Below are positions 40,873 through 49,991 of a stretch of 64,000 nt of DNA, piece after piece. Position numbers and translations under genes: made by a program. The DNA comes from a virus. Taxonomy: Duplodnaviria; Caudoviricetes. The notes beneath the pieces are model-generated. The model was not told the DNA's origin, searched no databases, and saw only the letters and a program-made list of their open reading frames with translations. Within the stretch, counting starts at the first letter, position 1, and every line of letters begins with the position of its first letter. The stretch covers positions 23,742 through 87,741 of the IMG/VR virus record IMGVR_UViG_3300001580_000013; one strand, written 5' to 3'.

Positions 40873-41649
40873 TTATTTTCCCTTTTTGAATCGTCCAATT
40901 CTTGAATTAGATAAATCTCTCAGAGATGGTGTAGATTTTTTGGCTGGTTTCCCCGATGGTGTGGCTGAGGGTTTTTTGTTGGTTTTTGACATGTCCGCTC
41001 CCGTATTGGTTTTTTCTGAATCCATCCTTAATTTTTTCAATGATTTGTATTTTACGAATATTTTATCATAATCATTTTCTGGAATAATAACAATTTTTCC
41101 TATTCTGTTAATGTAATATTTTCTTATCGCTTTCATTGCTGGTTTAAGTGCATCATATTTTTTTATATCACTGTAAATTAAAAGAGGAAGTTGCGCCCCC
41201 TTATTATAAGACTGTAAAAATTCATAACTTCTTTTGATGTAATTCCAAAAAGTCCAACGATATTTTCTATCAATCCAATGCATATTCACACCAAGCATCA
41301 ATCTTCCTTTTTTTCCTTGTTGAAATCCTAAAACTAAAACAAGAGGTCTGATATCCCAAATTGGCGGATTAGAAACGGGATGTTTGTAAGTGAAATAAAA
41401 TATGCTATACGGATCAAATTTTTTACTTTTAAATTTTTTTGCTTTTTTCTTTTCTTCTAATAGCTGTTGTTTCCTATCAATATTGTCTTTATTTGCTTGA
41501 GCAACCTTTGATCTCGTTACTAATTGATTTCTTTGTTTTAAAAGCTTTCTGATAGCCACTTCAACTTTATCACGAGATTTATAGATATTTCCATACTTCT
41601 TTTTGAGTCTGGAAATTTCTACAATATTTGGTTTTTTCTTATCCGACAA
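40873..41649 (-). CDS. gp2: DNA end protector protein (T4 gp2-like)
   Basis: FYFTY...PIWDIRPLV...LGVNMHWI...R and L.Y..IK....KPA...IRKY pattern. The TTG start is uncertain. Confidence 0.75.
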   Translation of the reverse strand: MSDKKKPNIVEISRLKKKYGNIYKSRDKVEVAIRKLLKQRNQLVTRSKVAQANKDNIDRKQQLLEEKKKAKKFKSKKFDPYSIFYFTYKHPVSNPPIWDIRPLVLVLGFQQGKKGRLMLGVNMHWIDRKYRWTFWNYIKRSYEFLQSYNKGAQLPLLIYSDIKKYDALKPAMKAIRKYYINRIGKIVIIPENDYDKIFVKYKSLKKLRMDSEKTNTGADMSKTNKKPSATPSGKPAKKSTPSLRDLSNSRIGRFKKGK

Positions 41650-41692
41650 TGGTCATACTCTGTTTTATTTTTTCCATAAAATTCTACCAACT

Positions 41693-41774
41693 TTGCTTCG
41701 TGTTCTGTTTCCACAGTCAGCTAACCTTTAAATTAGCTTTATTATTATCGGTAGAGGAACTATATATGCATCTA
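41693..41774 (-). ncRNA. predicted TnpB omegaRNA 3-prime scaffold plus guide (copy 3)
   Basis: Same scaffold (one mismatch in hairpin 1), GACTGT end at 41713-41718; flank GGAAACAGAACACGAAGCAA. Confidence 0.7.
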
Positions 41775-42937
41775 TGCAAGATATTCACTGAAGCATTAAA
41801 ATCACTATCAGTTTCATATCCACAACTCAAACATAAAAACTTCTCGGCTTTACGATTATTTTTATCTTTGTGTCCGCATTTGCTACATGTTTGACTTGTA
41901 TAACTCGGATCAACTTTTATCAAATTAATTCCTTGCTCTTCACAAATCATGGATAGTTTATTCAAAACCTTTGGATAACTCCATCTCTGTAGCTTATTGT
42001 TAAATTTTTTACTGAATTTGCTTCCCGTTTTTACATTATTTAAATCTTCAACTACGATTGTTGAAAGATTCTCTGTTTCTATCTTGTTTATGCTTTGATT
42101 AATTAAATTATCTCTTTCAACTAATGCGTGCTTGAAATTCTTTGATCCTTGTTTCTTTCTACTTAGTTTATTATAGATTTTCTCCATACCCAAATCATAG
42201 ATTTTATTCTCTGAAGAAATCAATAGCTTTTTGTAACCACAATCTAATCCTATTTGCTTTCCTTCAACTTTCTTTGTTGTTTCTTCCTTCTCCCAAAATA
42301 AATCAAAGTAGAAGTTATTGTTTACTTTATTCAAAGAAATGGAGTTCTTTAACTTCCAACCAGAAGTTCTAAATTTATTTGATTGAGAATGATATTTGAT
42401 TGGAATATTTATGGTTTTATAATAATTGTTTGTTTTATTTATTTTCTTTACATAAGGAGTAGTTAATCTCACAAATGAATCAAAATTTTTGGAATCAGAA
42501 GTAAAATTAAATAACTGTATAGTTAATATTATACTCACTCTATTCAATTTTGGTTTTGTGAAATATTTTGTCTGTTGAATTGGTTTGAGTTTTAATTCGG
42601 AAAATTTCTTTGATGTAAATTTTTGATATCTATTTTGTTCTTTTAGTTTAGCATAAATCTTTTTGTAATAATTAAATCTTTTATTAGATGCTTTCTTATA
42701 TTGACTTCTAATTACTTCTGATGCTTGTTCGTAACATATTTGCTTCCAATCAGAGTTGACAACAAATTCGTCTGATAACAACTTACTACTCATCCTCTTT
42801 TTTAATTCTAATTTTGTTGATATTATTTGATCAATATAGACTTCAATCTGCTTCTTACAGTCAACATAAATTTGTTCAATTAACTCTAATTTATTTTTGT
42901 TTGCAAATTTTAATATATGTTTTGATCTTCTTATCAT
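41717..42937 (-). CDS. tnpB: RNA-guided endonuclease TnpB, copy 3
   Basis: 406 aa; IGLDCG / VVEDL / DSDFNAS and zinc finger intact; TATAAATA at 42943-42950. Confidence 0.93.
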   Translation of the reverse strand: MIRRSKHILKFANKNKLELIEQIYVDCKKQIEVYIDQIISTKLELKKRMSSKLLSDEFVVNSDWKQICYEQASEVIRSQYKKASNKRFNYYKKIYAKLKEQNRYQKFTSKKFSELKLKPIQQTKYFTKPKLNRVSIILTIQLFNFTSDSKNFDSFVRLTTPYVKKINKTNNYYKTINIPIKYHSQSNKFRTSGWKLKNSISLNKVNNNFYFDLFWEKEETTKKVEGKQIGLDCGYKKLLISSENKIYDLGMEKIYNKLSRKKQGSKNFKHALVERDNLINQSINKIETENLSTIVVEDLNNVKTGSKFSKKFNNKLQRWSYPKVLNKLSMICEEQGINLIKVDPSYTSQTCSKCGHKDKNNRKAEKFLCLSCGYETDSDFNASVNILHRCIYSSSTDNNKANLKVS

Positions 42938-42968
42938 ATCTTTATTTATAAAAATTCTTTCTTTTTAC

Positions 42969-42997
42969 TTGACATTTAAAAATAATTTGTGTATATT
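42969..42997 (+). promoter_or_regulatory. sigma70-type promoter, divergent from TnpB copy 3
   Basis: TTGACA (42969-42974)-N17-TATATT (42992-42997). Confidence 0.8.
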
Positions 42998-43027
42998 CCA
43001 TCGTTGATTAAAATGGAGAAAATTAAA

Positions 43028-43546
43028 ATGGACGAAAAAGAAAAAAGAATGAAAGAATTTACAAACAAGATCAACAATCACAGAAAACACATAAAAAGAA
43101 AATATGAAAATTTAACAACAAATAAAGAAGAAATTTACTATATAATTGATGACATTTGCGATGAGGAAATTTGGTATATTGCCTTAGATATAATTGATAA
43201 AACACCTGAACAAATAAAAGAAAGAGTGAGAGTAACTAAAAAGTTTATTAAAAACTCAATTAAAGAAAAATTAGAAAATAAAAAAATAACATTAACTGAA
43301 TGTATATCCAAGATTAAAAGTTTTAAATATTACACAAAAAGAAAATTAAAATATTTGGATACGGAAACTAAAAAGCATTTTTACGATGTGATTGATGAAT
43401 TTTGCGAAGAAGATATCAACTTAGCAAAAAAAGAAAAAGATGAGCATGGGGTATGGAAAAGATTGCAGGGAGCCAAACATGGAATAAAAGAGTGGGTTGA
43501 ACAAAATTTGCGATACAAGAAATATTTGGAAGATTTAAAAGATTAA
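43028..43546 (+). CDS. hypothetical helical protein (one of the few plus-strand genes)
   Basis: GGAGA RBS before the ATG at 43028 and its own promoter; internal similarity YYIIDDICDEEI / YDVIDEFCEEDI. Confidence 0.65.
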   Translation: MDEKEKRMKEFTNKINNHRKHIKRKYENLTTNKEEIYYIIDDICDEEIWYIALDIIDKTPEQIKERVRVTKKFIKNSIKEKLENKKITLTECISKIKSFKYYTKRKLKYLDTETKKHFYDVIDEFCEEDINLAKKEKDEHGVWKRLQGAKHGIKEWVEQNLRYKKYLEDLKD

Positions 43547-44098
43547 AACCACCTCAGCAACTTCCTGCTCTTTCAATGTTATCATTCCGTTATCATACCA
43601 TTTAATATTTTGAACAGTGTGAACTAATGTTCTTTTTCCCAATATATCATCTATATTTGTGCTCATAGATATTTTCACACCAAATTCTTTATTTTTAATA
43701 GTCACTTTAACAAATCCGTTTTTATTTTTATCTCTCAAAATTTTATATATTCTAACGGCTTCACTATTATCACTATTCTGAATTTTTCCATCTAATTCGT
43801 CTAATGCTTTCTTGACTAACTCATTTATATCTGTTTCGGTTATTGGTTCTTCGCCCCGATTTAATCTGATAGAATCAATGTGTGTAGTTTCTTCTCTATC
43901 GGTATTATTTGACCAAAAAATATTCCAATCATTATATTTTTCTTTAAATACTCCAGTTCTCTCATTTTCATCGGGTTTAAATTTGTTATCAATTTTATCT
44001 TTTACTTTTTTGCTAATAGCTTTTAATTGACCTTTCTTGAGTTTAGGAATAACAATATTATCTTCTATAAGTATTTTAAATTGTTCACTTAGTCTCAT
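43535..44098 (-). CDS. hypothetical protein (187 aa)
   Basis: ORF overlapping the gp4 stop codon; no function recognised. Confidence 0.6.
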   Translation of the reverse strand: MRLSEQFKILIEDNIVIPKLKKGQLKAISKKVKDKIDNKFKPDENERTGVFKEKYNDWNIFWSNNTDREETTHIDSIRLNRGEEPITETDINELVKKALDELDGKIQNSDNSEAVRIYKILRDKNKNGFVKVTIKNKEFGVKISMSTNIDDILGKRTLVHTVQNIKWYDNGMITLKEQEVAEVVLIF

Positions 44099-44654
44099 AA
44101 ATTTTCCTGATTAAGTTATAATCCAACACTTGATTGTTTTCTATGAATAAATTAAATTCAATATTTCTTTTCTTTACTCTTCTCGCATATTCAGTAAAAT
44201 CACAAGCAGCTTTCCATTTACATTTGTTTACATACCACGCACATTTTTTGTTTATATAATTCTTTTTTGATTTCTGAGTTATTCTTTTCGGTTCTTTTGG
44301 CTCATATACCTGAGATTCTGGTTTTATTTCTCCCAACACTTCTTTTATTTCGCCATTTTTATTTTTCATTATAAAATAAATATCTGGAAAATAATTCCTT
44401 AATTCAAATCTTATAATTTTTCCCACATCGTTGAAAATTGGTTTCTGATAAGGAATAGCAATATTTTCACTGCTCCATTTCAAGATACTGTCATTTCTAT
44501 CAAATGTTCTGAAATAATCAATTTCCATTCCGCTTCTGGCTGTTAATTTTTTATCTTCTCTGAGATATTTTTCCGGATGCTTTAAATGAACATAGTAATT
44601 CTGACATTGATAGAATTTTCCGTTTTGCATTATTTTACTTTCGTTGATTGTCAT
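44085..44654 (-). CDS. gp4: head completion nuclease (T4 gp4-like)
   Basis: RSGME...FDRNDSILKWSSENIAIPY, YFPDIY, EIKP..Q, VNKCKWKAA. Confidence 0.88.
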   Translation of the reverse strand: MTINESKIMQNGKFYQCQNYYVHLKHPEKYLREDKKLTARSGMEIDYFRTFDRNDSILKWSSENIAIPYQKPIFNDVGKIIRFELRNYFPDIYFIMKNKNGEIKEVLGEIKPESQVYEPKEPKRITQKSKKNYINKKCAWYVNKCKWKAACDFTEYARRVKKRNIEFNLFIENNQVLDYNLIRKIYETK

Positions 44655-44670
44655 TTATCTTTTCCAAATC

Positions 44671-45153
44671 TTATTCATCTACACTCTCCACACTTTTATA
44701 ACTATAAACAAAATTTGCAGTAAATGTTTCAATCTTATCATCATCTGCCCCAAGATCATACGGAGAAACTTCTTTTAAATATGTGTCGTGAAATATTATC
44801 TTTTTAAAAACTGTTCCCTTGTTTGTCAGCAAATACAACACTGCTTCAAATTTCGGATATTCTATGTTGGTGTAAACTATATCAGGTCTGGATGTTGATT
44901 GAGTTAAAAAGTCATCCAATGTGAGCCAAATCTCTAATCCTTCATCACTCATCACTGTTATAGGTAATTCATTAAATGTTAAAAGAGTTCCGGGAACTGG
45001 ATAAGTCAGTGATGGAGCTTTCACGTCATTAAATTCTAAAATTGATCGTGGAAGAGAAGTTTTGGTAATATAAAATTCCACATCAATTAGATCGTTGTGG
45101 AGTTTAAATAAAAATGAGGATGATTTGGATTTATTTAGCGGATTAAACGGCAT
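44671..45153 (-). CDS. gp3: tail completion / tube-fold protein (T4 gp3-like)
   Basis: NPL....F.F, SLP, PVPG..L.FNEL.I...SDE, F.DT.L...S....A, FTANF.YS; TATAAATA at 45175-45182. Confidence 0.7.
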   Translation of the reverse strand: MPFNPLNKSKSSSFLFKLHNDLIDVEFYITKTSLPRSILEFNDVKAPSLTYPVPGTLLTFNELPITVMSDEGLEIWLTLDDFLTQSTSRPDIVYTNIEYPKFEAVLYLLTNKGTVFKKIIFHDTYLKEVSPYDLGADDDKIETFTANFVYSYKSVESVDE

Positions 45154-45208
45154 AGCCCCTCTGTTGTTTTTATTTATTTATAAAATTCAACAGAGGAAAA
45201 AGCTATTT

Positions 45209-45682
45209 TTACATTTCAGATTTCTTGAGTTTTTCTTTTTCTATTTCGCCATAATGTTCAATTGTTTTAAAATGCTCTCGAATTTTTTCTAATTCTTTTG
45301 CATCAATCACTTTAATATATTCTTTGGCTTCTCTTTCAGTTATTTCAAAATTTTCTGCTATATATTGTATATCCTTTGGATTAAACTGATTTGAAAGTAA
45401 ATTCTTTTTCGGATAATCAATGAACACTACTTTATTTCCAAAGCATTTTCTGTACATACTTCTCATCAGTTTATAGTGCATCTTCTTGGAGAAACCTTTT
45501 CTGTTGGTGTCATAAACAATATTTGTCAATTCTGGAATACAACCAAGAATCCTGTTCATCATCCAGATATCGTAAGATCGCTGAATTTCATTTTCAAAAT
45601 CTTCTATGGTTTCTTCCTTGATTGTTCCATTGATGACCTTTATCCACCACCAAATGTCTTTTTTTTCTATTTTATCTGCCAT
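45209..45682 (-). CDS. gp62: clamp loader small subunit (T4 gp62-like)
   Basis: SYDIWMMNRIL...MHYK and IAENFEITEREAKEY..I pattern. Confidence 0.75.
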   Translation of the reverse strand: MADKIEKKDIWWWIKVINGTIKEETIEDFENEIQRSYDIWMMNRILGCIPELTNIVYDTNRKGFSKKMHYKLMRSMYRKCFGNKVVFIDYPKKNLLSNQFNPKDIQYIAENFEITEREAKEYIKVIDAKELEKIREHFKTIEHYGEIEKEKLKKSEM

Positions 45683-46495
45683 TTAGTTTTTATCCTTCGT
45701 ATTTAATTTGAATAATCCAGAAAACATAAAACACGGATTTTCTCCCAAGTTGTACTGATAAGGAGGAGTTTTATCGAAATACACCATATAACCCAAAACA
45801 TGATATTTAATTGTTTCATCATAAATTATTTTAGTCACTGTTCCACTACCAAGAAAAGAACCATCAGTAACTCTATCACCAACTTTTAAATCTTTCATTT
45901 TATTTCTCCTCTAAATATTTTTTAACTTCATCGAGCATATCATCTTTACCACACCAATCTTCAAATATATCCATATAAACATATTTATCTACTGCTTCTT
46001 TTATAACGATGAGTAGATGTTTGATCTGTTTTTCCGATAATTTAAATTTATTATTTTTTAAATCTTTCAAAATTGAATTAGTTGGTGTGACTTTCCCAGT
46101 TGTAAGTATTTCATAACAAGGAGAACACAGTTGACCTATAAATTTTCCTTCTGATGATTTATTTGTGCATCCTTTGACTATACATTTAATTGACATTATA
46201 CTGCTCCAAAATTTATACATTCAACTTCTACACCGTTATACATTACTTTTTCAAATTTATAACTTTTCATCTGGTATTTTGGATGACTTCCGTGTTTTCT
46301 TATTATTTCATAAGGGATTGACGTCAATTCAAGAGAGTTTTCGCTGACCCAAGTTTTTGTCTCACCATACCACTGAACCTGATACCTGTGTTTATCATTA
46401 TCTATTGCTACTATTTCTCCAATTCTTCCCACCACATAGTCACCTTTTGTTCTTACTACTTCTTGTCCGATTTCTAACTTCATTTTTCTCTCCAA
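45683..46495 (-). other. three short hypothetical ORFs (two SH3/KOW-like, one Cys-rich) behind a TTGACT-N17-TATATT promoter (46510-46538)
   Basis: ORFs 45683-45898, 45900-46220 and 46196-46495; promoter elements seen directly. Confidence 0.6.
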
Positions 46496-46551
46496 TTTTA
46501 CTTAACTGAAATATAACACAAATTTATTTCAAAGTCAAGAAAAATCTTCAT

Positions 46552-46580
46552 AAAATAAAAAGGGGAGCAAAAACTCCCCG
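46552..46580 (-). terminator. rho-independent terminator
   Basis: GGGGAG-TTTTTG-CTCCCC followed by a T-tract on the minus strand, just after the 46601 stop. Confidence 0.85.
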
Positions 46581-46600
46581 ATTTAATCAAAAATTATCAA

Positions 46601-48208
46601 CTATGGATTATCATCTGCGATTGTTTCAATATTTACAACTGGTGTATTGAAATCAACATTTGTTATCACGATACATTCGGGTGTTCCTGCTTCTGGTACG
46701 GTTATTAAGAAACTATCAGCAGTTGCATCTGCAATTCCGAAGATGGTATTTATGTTGTTCACTTTTATTATTGTTTCGGCTTCATCTTCTGATGTTATTG
46801 TGACCGGTGTTGTTATAACATCATCCATTGTTTCATCAACAAAATCCCATTTGGTGTAATTATCATCTTCGGCAAATGTTATTTTTGTATCAGCCCCCGC
46901 AGTTGCTATTGTTTCAATTTCTAAATCAACTCCATTAAAAGCAGAATTTTCATCAAGATTATCAAGTTGAACAGTATCACCAACCAAAAATTCTTTCATT
47001 ATATCATCAGTATAAACAACACCTTTGAACAGAATATGATCTTCTTGCATTGTTAAAGATGAAGTTGCATCGGCTACGGTATAAACTAAATCTTGTGTAT
47101 AATCCATAGTGGTTGTAGATATATCCGCCTCATTTGCAAGTAACCAATCAGCATCTAATGTTATTGTGGTTACTCCCCCCGCTGGTGTTGTTGTTGCTAC
47201 CGTATAATCACCGTTATTGTTTGCTGTTCCCACCAAGGTTATAACAGTTCCCGCAATAGGATGTTCTAATGCATCCATTTCTTCGCCGATAACAAGTTCT
47301 TGATCTTGTGATAACATAGCGGAAGTGGCATCAGTAATAATATAAACATAATCCCCATTAACTGTTATTGTTGACACACCATCATCAAAAGCTTCATCGG
47401 TATCAAAATCTTCTGTTACATATATTGTAGTATCAGTATCTATAACAGCGTTTCTGACTGTATAAGTTCCATCATTTCCTACCGTTGTACAATTTGCTAA
47501 TGTTATAGTTTGACCGCCAGCAACATCAATATAATCAAGTTCCTGACCAACAATAGTGATTTTATTTTCTTTTGCTGTTATAGAACTTCCTGCTGGCATC
47601 GTGTAGGTATATTGCTGCCCAGCTTTCCCAATTGTAGTAGTTACCAATAAATCTTCCGATGTATCAAAATCTTCTTCTGTATATATAGTAGTATCTCCGG
47701 CAGCTGGAGAATCAGCAACAATGCTTCTTACGGTATAATCTATGTCGTTTCCAAGAGTAGTACAACCATCAAGAGCAATTGTATCGCCTTCTTCAATTCT
47801 ATCATACTGTTCAATATCCTGATTTTTAAGAATTATTTTATTAAATTTTGGAACAACAACCGAAGCAGCATCATCATTTGTGTAAACCCAGTTATCATGT
47901 TCGATTTCTATGACTTCACACTTTTCTATTGTTCCGTTGGTATCTTTTAATCTGACCCAAATTTTGTCTCCGACTTGAGGAACATAATTATAATCCTCGT
48001 CTATTAATGTTGTTGATGCCGTCAGTCCATCAGAAGAAACGGTGAATGTGACTTCTTTCAGATCAGATACAACAAAATCTCCATCAACATACGGATGCTG
48101 ACCGAGAATGAATCCGTTTATGTGTTTTATGGTTGTATCACCATCATAATTCTCGTAAGTGGCCGAAAAAACGAGCTTACCCATTCCTTTAATCTTAATA
48201 AAATACAT
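46601..48208 (-). CDS. acidic late (probably virion) protein with four internal beta-repeats
   Basis: 535 aa, very D/E/T-rich; repeats G.TI.L.G/N....N..YTV; TATAAATA at 48245-48252 and its own terminator. Confidence 0.65.
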   Translation of the reverse strand: MYFIKIKGMGKLVFSATYENYDGDTTIKHINGFILGQHPYVDGDFVVSDLKEVTFTVSSDGLTASTTLIDEDYNYVPQVGDKIWVRLKDTNGTIEKCEVIEIEHDNWVYTNDDAASVVVPKFNKIILKNQDIEQYDRIEEGDTIALDGCTTLGNDIDYTVRSIVADSPAAGDTTIYTEEDFDTSEDLLVTTTIGKAGQQYTYTMPAGSSITAKENKITIVGQELDYIDVAGGQTITLANCTTVGNDGTYTVRNAVIDTDTTIYVTEDFDTDEAFDDGVSTITVNGDYVYIITDATSAMLSQDQELVIGEEMDALEHPIAGTVITLVGTANNNGDYTVATTTPAGGVTTITLDADWLLANEADISTTTMDYTQDLVYTVADATSSLTMQEDHILFKGVVYTDDIMKEFLVGDTVQLDNLDENSAFNGVDLEIETIATAGADTKITFAEDDNYTKWDFVDETMDDVITTPVTITSEDEAETIIKVNNINTIFGIADATADSFLITVPEAGTPECIVITNVDFNTPVVNIETIADDNP

Positions 48209-48579
48209 AGCTATTGTCCCTTTTTTAATTTTTATTTCTATATTTATTTATAAAGTAAACGGGATAAATTCAAAATAAAAATACTTTAAAAATGAAAAAT
48301 ACTTAAAAAATTTTCCACTCTTTAAGTATTTGGGATGTTATTTTGTATTTAAATTTTGTTTATTTCGGAAGTTACAATTATTAAAAATTAAAAATAAAAA
48401 CCATTTCTCGCTAAGTTTAAACTGTTTTTACTCTTACTATCTCTATACCAATTTTTGATATTATCATAATATAGTTCTATCATTTCTTGTAATTAAATGA
48501 AAAAATAATGAAAATAATTATTTGACTCCCCCTAATTTTTTTATAAATAAGGATATAAAATTAAATTTGGTTAGAAAAA

Positions 48580-48786
48580 ATGAAACTAAGTGAATATGCA
48601 AAGAAACATAATGTGACCTACAGAACAGCCTACAATCATTTCATTAAAGGTTGGATTCCTACAGCCTATCAGCTTGAATCTGGAACTATCATGATCCCAG
48701 ATGATAACAGCACACAAGAACTAAAGAACACAGTGAACGAACTTAAAAAACTTATTCAAGAACTAAAAGATACAAAAAATAAATGA
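48580..48786 (+). CDS. tnpA: truncated IS607 TnpA: MerR-like HTH + short coiled coil, no serine-recombinase domain
   Basis: MKLSEYAKKHNVTYRTAYNHF..G.IP.AYQL.SGTI.I matches the IS607 TnpA N-terminus; the YARVS catalytic motif is absent. Confidence 0.8.
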   Translation: MKLSEYAKKHNVTYRTAYNHFIKGWIPTAYQLESGTIMIPDDNSTQELKNTVNELKKLIQELKDTKNK

Positions 48787-49991
48787 TAAGAAGAAGTAAA
48801 CACATATTAAAATTCGCTAACAAAAATAAATTGAATATGCTCGAACAAATTTATTCGGATTGTAAAAAACAAATTGAAGTTTACATTGATCAAATTATAA
48901 AAGGGAAATTAGAATTAAAAAAGATGATGAGTTCGGCTTTATTATCGAATGAATTTATAGAAAACTCCGATTGGAAAAATTTGTGTTATCAATATGCTTC
49001 TTCCACCATCAGAAGTCAATACAAAAAAGCATCAACTAAAAGATTTAATTCTTACAAAAAGATTTATGCTAAACTGAAAGAACAAAATAGATATAATAAA
49101 TTCACAACAAAACGATTTAAAGAATTAAAACTCAAACCAATTCAGCAAACTAAATATTTCGTCAAACCAAAATTGAATAATGTTACGATAATATTAACTG
49201 TACATTTATTTAATTTTACTTCGGATTCTAAAAATTTTGATTCATTTGTGAGATTAACTACACCATATAAAAAATCGGCGGGAAGATATCAAACAATTAA
49301 TCTTCCAATAAAGTATCATTCTCATTCAAATAAATTCAGAACTTCTGGTTGGAAGTTGAAGAACTCTATTTCACTTAACAAACTAAACGGAAACTTCTAT
49401 TTTGATTTATTCTGGGAGAAGGAAGAAGTTAGTAAAAAGTTGGAAGGAAAACAAATAGGATTAGATTGTGGATACAAGAAGCTACTTATTTCATCAGAGA
49501 ACAAGATTTATGATGATGGACTTGAAAAAATCTATGAGAAGTTATCAAGAAAGAAACAAGGATCAAAAAACTTCAAACAAACATTAACCGAAAGAGATAA
49601 TTTAATTAATCGAAGTATAAACAAGATAGAAACAGAAAGTATTTCAACAATAGTAGTAGAAGATTTAAAGAATGTAAAATCAAAAAGCAAATTTTCAAAG
49701 AAATTTAATAACAAGCTACAGAGATGGAGTTATCCAAAGGTTTTGAATAAACTATCTATGATTTGTGAAGAGCAAGGAATTAATTTAGTTAAAGTTGATC
49801 CCGCCTATACAAGTCAAACATGTAGTAAATGTGGACACAAACATAAAGATAATAGGAAGTTAGAAAAGTTTTTATGTTTAAGTTGTGGAATGACTATGGA
49901 TGCAGATTTCAATGCATCTATAAACATTTTACATAGAGGCATTTATAGTTCCTCTACCGAGAATAATAAAGCTAATTTAAAGGTTAGCTGA
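48783..49991 (+). CDS. tnpB: RNA-guided endonuclease TnpB, copy 4
   Basis: 402 aa; RuvC D/E/D and zinc finger intact. Confidence 0.93.
   Translation: MIRRSKHILKFANKNKLNMLEQIYSDCKKQIEVYIDQIIKGKLELKKMMSSALLSNEFIENSDWKNLCYQYASSTIRSQYKKASTKRFNSYKKIYAKLKEQNRYNKFTTKRFKELKLKPIQQTKYFVKPKLNNVTIILTVHLFNFTSDSKNFDSFVRLTTPYKKSAGRYQTINLPIKYHSHSNKFRTSGWKLKNSISLNKLNGNFYFDLFWEKEEVSKKLEGKQIGLDCGYKKLLISSENKIYDDGLEKIYEKLSRKKQGSKNFKQTLTERDNLINRSINKIETESISTIVVEDLKNVKSKSKFSKKFNNKLQRWSYPKVLNKLSMICEEQGINLVKVDPAYTSQTCSKCGHKHKDNRKLEKFLCLSCGMTMDADFNASINILHRGIYSSSTENNKANLKVS

Noticed and set aside
7568-43028. ORF-track starts at 7628, 10086, 14236, 27711 and 42989
   Set aside because: These extensions run through promoter elements; downstream ATGs with an RBS or paralogue alignment (7568, 10038, 14209, 27660, 43028) are better supported.
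1779-49991. TnpB copies as nuclease-dead repressors (TldR-like)
   Set aside because: All three RuvC acidic residues are present in all four copies; only an activity assay could revive this idea.
1779-49991. TnpB copies as IStrons (embedded in group I introns)
   Set aside because: The space between the late box and ATG is 5-7 bp and the element ends 4 bp after the stop, leaving no room for a ribozyme; no rejoinable exons were evident.
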